This document shows positions 58,783-64,000 of a stretch of 64,000 bases of DNA, one piece after another. Position 1 is the stretch's first letter, and the number at the start of each line of letters is the position of its first letter. The notes beneath the pieces are model-generated. The model had not been told where the DNA came from, ran no database searches, and saw only the letters and a list, made by a program, of their open reading frames with translations. The stretch is taken from NCBI GenBank assembly GCA_963717505.1, contig OY970342.1, positions 3,424,001 to 3,488,000 on the forward strand, in the 5' to 3' direction. The position numbers were made by a program, and so were the translations under genes. The DNA comes from Candidatus Eiseniibacteriota bacterium. GTDB taxonomy: Bacteria; Eisenbacteria; RBG-16-71-46.

Positions 58783-60018
58783 ATGCCGGTAGTCGTCGTC
58801 ACGGGCATGGGCGTGTCGGCTCCGAACGGCACCGGAGTCCCACGATTCTGGGAAGCCCTGGCGGCCGGACGCACCGGAATCGGCCCGATCACGCGCTTCG
58901 ATGCCTCGAAACTGCGCAGCCGGATCGCGGGCGAGGTCAAGGACGACGAAGCTGCGGCGCGCATGTCGTCCAAGACGTTCAAGCGCAGCGCCCGCTTCAC
59001 GCACCTGGCGGTGGTCGCGGCGCTCGAGGCGATCGCCGACGCCGGGCTCGACGAAGGTCCCGAGCGCGAGTCGGCGGCGGTCGTCGTGGGCTCGGGAATC
59101 GGCGGCTTCGACTTCCTGATGCAGGAGCACGAGGTGTTCCTGAAACGCGGGCCGGGTCGCTTCGCGCCGCTCACCGTGCCGATGATCATTCCCAACATGG
59201 CGGGAGGGACGATCGCGATGGAGACCGGCATGCGCGGGCCCAACGTGTGCGTCAGTGCGGCGTGCGCGAGCGGGGCCCTGTCTGTGGGCACGGCACTCGA
59301 CCTGATCCGCGCCGGGCGATGCGACGTGGCCCTGGCCGGCGGGGCCGAGTGCACGATCGACGCGTTCGCCGTCGACGGGTATTGCCAGCTGCGCGCGCTG
59401 TCGACCCGCAACGACGAACCCGAGAAGGCGTCGCGGCCGTTCAGCCTCGATCGCGACGGCTTCGTGATCGCCGAGGGCGCGGGGATGCTGGTGCTCGAAA
59501 GCCTCGAGCATGCGCGTGCGCGCGACGCGAACATCCTCGCCGAGCTTGCCGGCTACGGCGTCACCGCCGATGGCTTTCACCAGACTGCGCCCGACCCGTG
59601 CGGGCGCGGCGCGGTGCGCGCCATGAAGGCGGCGCTCGAGGACGCGCGAGTCCCGGCCGATCGGATCGACGTCATCAACGCCCACGGCACCTCGACTCCG
59701 CTCAACGACGCCACCGAAACCGCGGCGATCAAGGAGGTCTTCGGCGCGCACGCGCGGCGGCTGGCGGTCCACTCGACCAAGTCGATGACCGGCCACTCAC
59801 TCGGCGCGGCGTCGGCGATCGAAGCGGTGGCCGCGGTGCTGACGCTGCAACACCAGGTGTTGCATCCGACCATCAACCTCGACACCCCCGATCCCGCGTG
59901 CGACCTGGACTACGTGCCCAACCACGCTCGCGAGGCGCGCGTGCGCACGGTGATGTCGAACGCGTTCGGCTTCGGCGGACACAACGGCGTCCTGGTGTTC
60001 CGGAGCCTCGAAGCCTAA
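58783..60018 (+). CDS. fabF: beta-ketoacyl-ACP synthase II
   Basis: SAACASG, NAHGTST, KSMTGH, NAFGFGG. Confidence 0.9.
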   Translation: MPVVVVTGMGVSAPNGTGVPRFWEALAAGRTGIGPITRFDASKLRSRIAGEVKDDEAAARMSSKTFKRSARFTHLAVVAALEAIADAGLDEGPERESAAVVVGSGIGGFDFLMQEHEVFLKRGPGRFAPLTVPMIIPNMAGGTIAMETGMRGPNVCVSAACASGALSVGTALDLIRAGRCDVALAGGAECTIDAFAVDGYCQLRALSTRNDEPEKASRPFSLDRDGFVIAEGAGMLVLESLEHARARDANILAELAGYGVTADGFHQTAPDPCGRGAVRAMKAALEDARVPADRIDVINAHGTSTPLNDATETAAIKEVFGAHARRLAVHSTKSMTGHSLGAASAIEAVAAVLTLQHQVLHPTINLDTPDPACDLDYVPNHAREARVRTVMSNAFGFGGHNGVLVFRSLEA

Positions 60019-61178
60019 CCGGCCGGGCGTCGCGCCCCGAGCCGAGCGATCGCGGCGATGCCGAGCCCCGGACCCAGAGCGAGCACCGCGAACGCCCAGG
60101 CCCAACCCACACTCGCCGCCAGCACGGGAACCAGCTGGATCGTGGCCAGCGTCAGCAGGAAGCCGAGCGAGGTCTGGAGCGTGAGCGCGGTACCCACTGC
60201 GTGGCGGGGCGCCACCTCGGTCACCATGGCGCTGAATTGCGCGGAGTCGGCGACCACGAAGAATCCCCAAAGCCCGAGTGCGGCCATCAGCCACCACGGG
60301 TTCGCGCCGAACAGGAATCCAATGCCCAGGCAACAAGCACCGCTGGCCGCCATCGCCACGGTGACGACTCGGGCATAGCCGAGACGCGCCGCGGCCCAGC
60401 CGCCCCAGACGCATCCGATCCCACCCGCGGCCAAAGTCCAGAACGCGGCGAGGTCCGGGAGAAGGGCGGCATGCGAGACCGCCCTCGCGGCGAGACTGGC
60501 CGCGACGAACGCCGGCACCCATGTCCACATCGCGTACAGCTCCCACATGTGCCCGAGGTAGCCGGCGATCGCAAGCCGGGTTTCTCGATGACGAACCACC
60601 TCGGCCATCAGGCGCCAATCGAATGGCCGCCGCTCGAAGGGGAAGGGCCCGTCGCGGTAGAACGCCCCGACCAACAGTGCCGAAACCAGAGCGCCGGCCG
60701 AAGTCGTGTAGAGGATGAAGTCGAGGCTCGGGAGCCCCAGTGCGTGAACGAGATAGGGGATCGCCTTGCCGGTGCACAAGGCCCCGATCAGGATCCCGAT
60801 CGCGAGCCCGCGTCCCGATCGATACCAGGTCGCGGCCATCTTCATGCCCGGCGGGTACACGCCCGCGAGAAAGAACCCGGTGAGGAAGCGCGTCACCAGC
60901 GCCGGCACGAACCCGCCGGCGGCGAGCAGCGACAGGTTGGCGACGGCCGCGAGTGCCGCCGAACCCGCGAACAGCCCGCGCGAGGGCAGGATGTCGGCCA
61001 GGTTCAACACCGCCGAGCACGCCGTGCCCGCCACGAAACCGAGCTGAACCACCGCGGTCAGCCAGCCGACTTGCGATGGGTCGAGCGACCACCGGCTACT
61101 GAGCTGGGGTGCGGCGGCGTTTCCGGCGAACCAGAGCGACATGCCGAGCAATTCGGACACGGACAACAGCGTCAGCAT
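60015..61178 (-). CDS. MFS transporter (start may be up to about 61250)
   Basis: About 12 TM; MSLWF, LAGVYPPGMK, GYLGHMWELY, ADSAQFSA. Confidence 0.88.
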   Translation of the reverse strand: MLTLLSVSELLGMSLWFAGNAAAPQLSSRWSLDPSQVGWLTAVVQLGFVAGTACSAVLNLADILPSRGLFAGSAALAAVANLSLLAAGGFVPALVTRFLTGFFLAGVYPPGMKMAATWYRSGRGLAIGILIGALCTGKAIPYLVHALGLPSLDFILYTTSAGALVSALLVGAFYRDGPFPFERRPFDWRLMAEVVRHRETRLAIAGYLGHMWELYAMWTWVPAFVAASLAARAVSHAALLPDLAAFWTLAAGGIGCVWGGWAAARLGYARVVTVAMAASGACCLGIGFLFGANPWWLMAALGLWGFFVVADSAQFSAMVTEVAPRHAVGTALTLQTSLGFLLTLATIQLVPVLAASVGWAWAFAVLALGPGLGIAAIARLGARRPAG

Positions 61179-61270
61179 GGCCGCGCGGCGTTCAGCCCCG
61201 GTTTCAGCAGCTGCCTCCGCAGTGGACCCCAACGGCCGTCGCTCGCTCAAGGCAGTGGGTCTTCGCGTCC

Positions 61271-61723
61271 CTAGATCGGTTCGCTCGCGGGCGACGGCGG
61301 CTCGGCGGGCGCCGGTGCACGGGCCGTCATCGCCTCGCGTCGCGCGATCCCGATCAGAACTCCGGCCGCCAGCAGCATGCCCGGAATCTCGCCGCGCGCC
61401 ACCAGGATCGCGATCGGTCCTGGGCAGGCGCAGGACAGGCCCCAGCCGACGCCGAACAACGCTCCACCCAGCCAATGCTCGCGCGTCGGCATCGCCTTGC
61501 TCCACGACACCGTCGTGCCGCCGAAGACCGACTTCACGCCGAAGGACTGAAGCACGCGCAGGCCGATGAACGCGGTGGCAATCGCCGAGAGCATGATGAG
61601 ATAGACGTAGGGCTCGCGGAACCGAAGCATGTCGTGGATCGTGCCCGGGTTGTACAAGTGCGCCCAACCGAGCGCGAAACCGAACAGCCCTCCCGAAAAC
61701 AGCGGCGCGACGAAGTCCCTCAT
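61271..61723 (-). CDS. YeeE/YedE family sulfur-compound transporter subunit
   Basis: GGLFGFAL..LFGVGWGLSCACPGP. Confidence 0.82.
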   Translation of the reverse strand: MRDFVAPLFSGGLFGFALGWAHLYNPGTIHDMLRFREPYVYLIMLSAIATAFIGLRVLQSFGVKSVFGGTTVSWSKAMPTREHWLGGALFGVGWGLSCACPGPIAILVARGEIPGMLLAAGVLIGIARREAMTARAPAPAEPPSPASEPI

Positions 61724-62193
61724 GGCGCGCTCATCAGGTAGTCGACCACCCAGCTGGTCGCGATCGCGACCCCCATGAACGACACGGTCGTCGCAAGGCT
61801 GGCCGGCGAACCCATCGAGGCGCCGCAGATGCCGTGTCCGGAGGTGCAGCCGCCGGACATGCGCACTCCAAACCCGATCAGGACGCCGGCGACCAACAGC
61901 AGCGCGAAGCGACCGGAGCCGCCGCCATAGCGCAGCTCGTAGAACACGTCGCTGTTGGGCACCCCGAGGGTACCCGCAAGGTAGGAGGCGAGCACGCCGC
62001 CCAGAGCGATGCCGAGCAGCATGAAGATGGTGTACCTGGGTTTGGATCTCGGCTGTCGCGCCCAGGCCAGCAGATCGACGAAGCCGCCGGTGGCGCCGGT
62101 GGGCCGATTGGCGAGCCAGAAGTGAAGGACGACGGCCAGGCCGATCAGCGGCCCCGCGAAGAACCACGGGGCGCGCAGCGCAAACGGGTCCAT
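61720..62193 (-). CDS. YeeE/YedE family sulfur-compound transporter subunit
   Basis: PWFFAGPLIG..GFGVRMSGGCTSGHGICG. Confidence 0.88.
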   Translation of the reverse strand: MDPFALRAPWFFAGPLIGLAVVLHFWLANRPTGATGGFVDLLAWARQPRSKPRYTIFMLLGIALGGVLASYLAGTLGVPNSDVFYELRYGGGSGRFALLLVAGVLIGFGVRMSGGCTSGHGICGASMGSPASLATTVSFMGVAIATSWVVDYLMSAP

Positions 62194-62336
62194 GAAAGAG
62201 CCTCCCGGGGTGTCGACGAGCGGCGCGAGCCGGCGATTCTAGCGGCGCAACCGGGGGGCGTCCACGCGGTTTCGTTTGAAGTGCCGGTCCGCTACCTTGT
62301 GGTCGACCGGGCCCTCGGGAACAGCGGGGCAGAAGC

Positions 62337-63026
62337 ATGATTTCCGTCGTCGTTCCGTCTCGAAGCGAAGGGGATCGCCTGCGGGCGGCCATTATCCGCC
62401 TGTGCGACCACGACGGCAGTGTCCCGTTGTCGGGCGATGCCGAAGTCGTGATCGCGGCCTACGGCGAGTCTGAAACGGTGCGAGCCCACGCGGTGCGTCA
62501 CCGGCGGCTCACCTGGGTCGACTGCCCGCGTCCCTGCCGCGGTGAGCAGTTGGCGCGCGGAGCGGACGCGGCGCGCGGTGAGTTCCTGCTGTTCGTCCAC
62601 GCCGACACGCGCCTGCCGAGCGGTGCTTTGCAGATGGTCGCCACCGCGCTCGCCGATCCGGAAGTCGTCGGCGGCGGCTTTCGCGTGCGCTTCGACGCCC
62701 GCCATCCCGCGCTCGCGCTGCTCGAGCGCCTGAGCAGCCTGCCGTGGCGCAACACATTCCTCGGTGACCAGGCGTTCTTCTGTCGCCGCGGCGACTACCA
62801 GGCCGCGGGCGGCTTCTCGGCCCTGCCGCTGTTCGAGGACGTGGACCTGGTCCAGCGTCTCGCGCGCCGCGGGCGGCTGGTGCGGCTGCCGGGGCGCGTG
62901 ACCACTTCGGCACGGCGGTTCGTCGCGCATGGCCCCTGGCGCCAGCTCGCGCTCAATGGCTGGCTCATGGTCCGGCACTACACCGGACAGCGTCCGGCCG
63001 ACGCCGCCCGCGGCTACCAGCCTTAG
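62337..63026 (+). CDS. GT2 glycosyltransferase, TIGR04283-like
   Basis: ISVVVP, LFVHADT, GDQAFF, LFEDV, TTSARRF. Confidence 0.85.
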   Translation: MISVVVPSRSEGDRLRAAIIRLCDHDGSVPLSGDAEVVIAAYGESETVRAHAVRHRRLTWVDCPRPCRGEQLARGADAARGEFLLFVHADTRLPSGALQMVATALADPEVVGGGFRVRFDARHPALALLERLSSLPWRNTFLGDQAFFCRRGDYQAAGGFSALPLFEDVDLVQRLARRGRLVRLPGRVTTSARRFVAHGPWRQLALNGWLMVRHYTGQRPADAARGYQP

Positions 63027-64000
63027 TCGCGCACCGCGGCGCGCGCCTGGTCGATGCGCGCCTTGATTCCCGCCAGTCCGGGATTCCGGGCGCGTTCGGC
63101 CTCGAACCATCGCAAGGCGTCTGCCGGCCGGCCCTGTTCTAGCGCGATCAGGCCGAGCAGCTCGCGCAGTCGCGGGCGATCGGGACGCAACTCGAGCGCG
63201 CGCCCGAGAACCGCGGCCGCTTCGTCCCAGGCCCCATCCATCATCCGCATCAAACCCAGCAAGTGCAGCGCGCGGCTATTCTGCGCCGAGGACGCCGCCA
63301 TGCGCCGGAGTTCGCCGGTCGCGCGCGCGCGCAACACGGTGTCGCCGGCGGCCGCCGGCACCAGGGCCTCTCGGCGCCGCACTCCGGCGGGGAGGACGTG
63401 ATAGGCGTGGCGCGCGATCACTGAATCGAATCCGGCGTCGCGACGCACCAGGATCTGGGCGACGTCGTCCGAGAACACGAGGGCCCAGGTCGAATCGGCA
63501 TCGAGCACGTCGAGCAGCCGATCGCCGGGATCCTGATCGCGCTGCAGTACCAGATAGTCGAACCGGGCGTCACGATCGAGCGCTTGCCACGCGCTCGCGT
63601 TTACGAAGACGTGCGGATACCGCTCGCGGTCGGCGGGGCGCAGGTTCTCGGGCTGCGTGGTCGCGAACGGCAGGCGTTCGCGATCGGGCCACCCGCGAAA
63701 GGCCAGGTAGCCGCCCAGGTGAAAGTGATTGAACGCCCGCCCGCGCACGCCGTTCGATTCGAGGAAGTCCGCGGCCGCGATCGGCACGATCGAGCGGTCG
63801 AAGTCGACGCCCAGCGGCAGATCGCGACGCGTCCACTCGGGAATCCCGAGAGCGAGGCACGCCGCGGCCGCGAGCGCCGAGCGCACCCAGGTCGACCGGG
63901 TCCAACGGATCCACGACGGCCGCCGGCTCGAGGCCCATGCCGAGAGGTCGCGCGCGACGAACGGCAGTGCGACCATCGCCAGGAAGCCGAGGAATCGCTG
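63023..64000 (-). CDS. membrane protein with C-terminal TPR (5' truncated by window edge)
   Basis: TM helices, FNHFHLGGYL motif, terminal TPR helices; frame runs off the window. Confidence 0.65.
   Translation of the reverse strand, partial: QRFLGFLAMVALPFVARDLSAWASSRRPSWIRWTRSTWVRSALAAAACLALGIPEWTRRDLPLGVDFDRSIVPIAAADFLESNGVRGRAFNHFHLGGYLAFRGWPDRERLPFATTQPENLRPADRERYPHVFVNASAWQALDRDARFDYLVLQRDQDPGDRLLDVLDADSTWALVFSDDVAQILVRRDAGFDSVIARHAYHVLPAGVRRREALVPAAAGDTVLRARATGELRRMAASSAQNSRALHLLGLMRMMDGAWDEAAAVLGRALELRPDRPRLRELLGLIALEQGRPADALRWFEAERARNPGLAGIKARIDQARAAVRD

Overview
GC-rich bacterial chromosomal window of about 55 genes plus tRNA-Arg(CCT). A diderm host such as Ca. Eisenbacteria or a related FCB-type lineage is inferred from several small beta-barrel OMPs and secreted proteins with FlgD-Ig/T9SS-CTD-like or 'STWGQLKATYR'-type C-termini; taxonomy is not proven. 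Main contents in order: (1) a toxin-antitoxin-rich islet between the tRNA and a tyrosine recombinase (5.4-10.3 kb); (2) a BlaI / M56-HEAT / secreted-HEAT locus with duplicated palindromic operators and a shared C-terminal PWPWPxPxPRP[YF]P tail, the best candidate for an undescribed sensing system; (3) a secreted hexaheme cytochrome with a sigma54-type promoter; (4) a CoA-ligase/GT4/3xGNAT operon; (5) a phytase with near-identical 747-bp internal repeats; (6) an HK-RR-NtrC cluster flanked by three sigma54 promoters and two matching tandem enhancer-like sites; (7) a divergent anti-sigma / ECF sigma / exported TPR-CHAT protease module beside a large LamG surface protein; (8) a YidD-TPR fusion, an acyl-ACP desaturase-FabF pair, and YeeE/YedE-MFS genes. 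Two +1 homopolymer frameshifts probably reflect sequencing errors. No CRISPR array or rRNA was seen. All family calls come from motif recognition by eye, not database searches.
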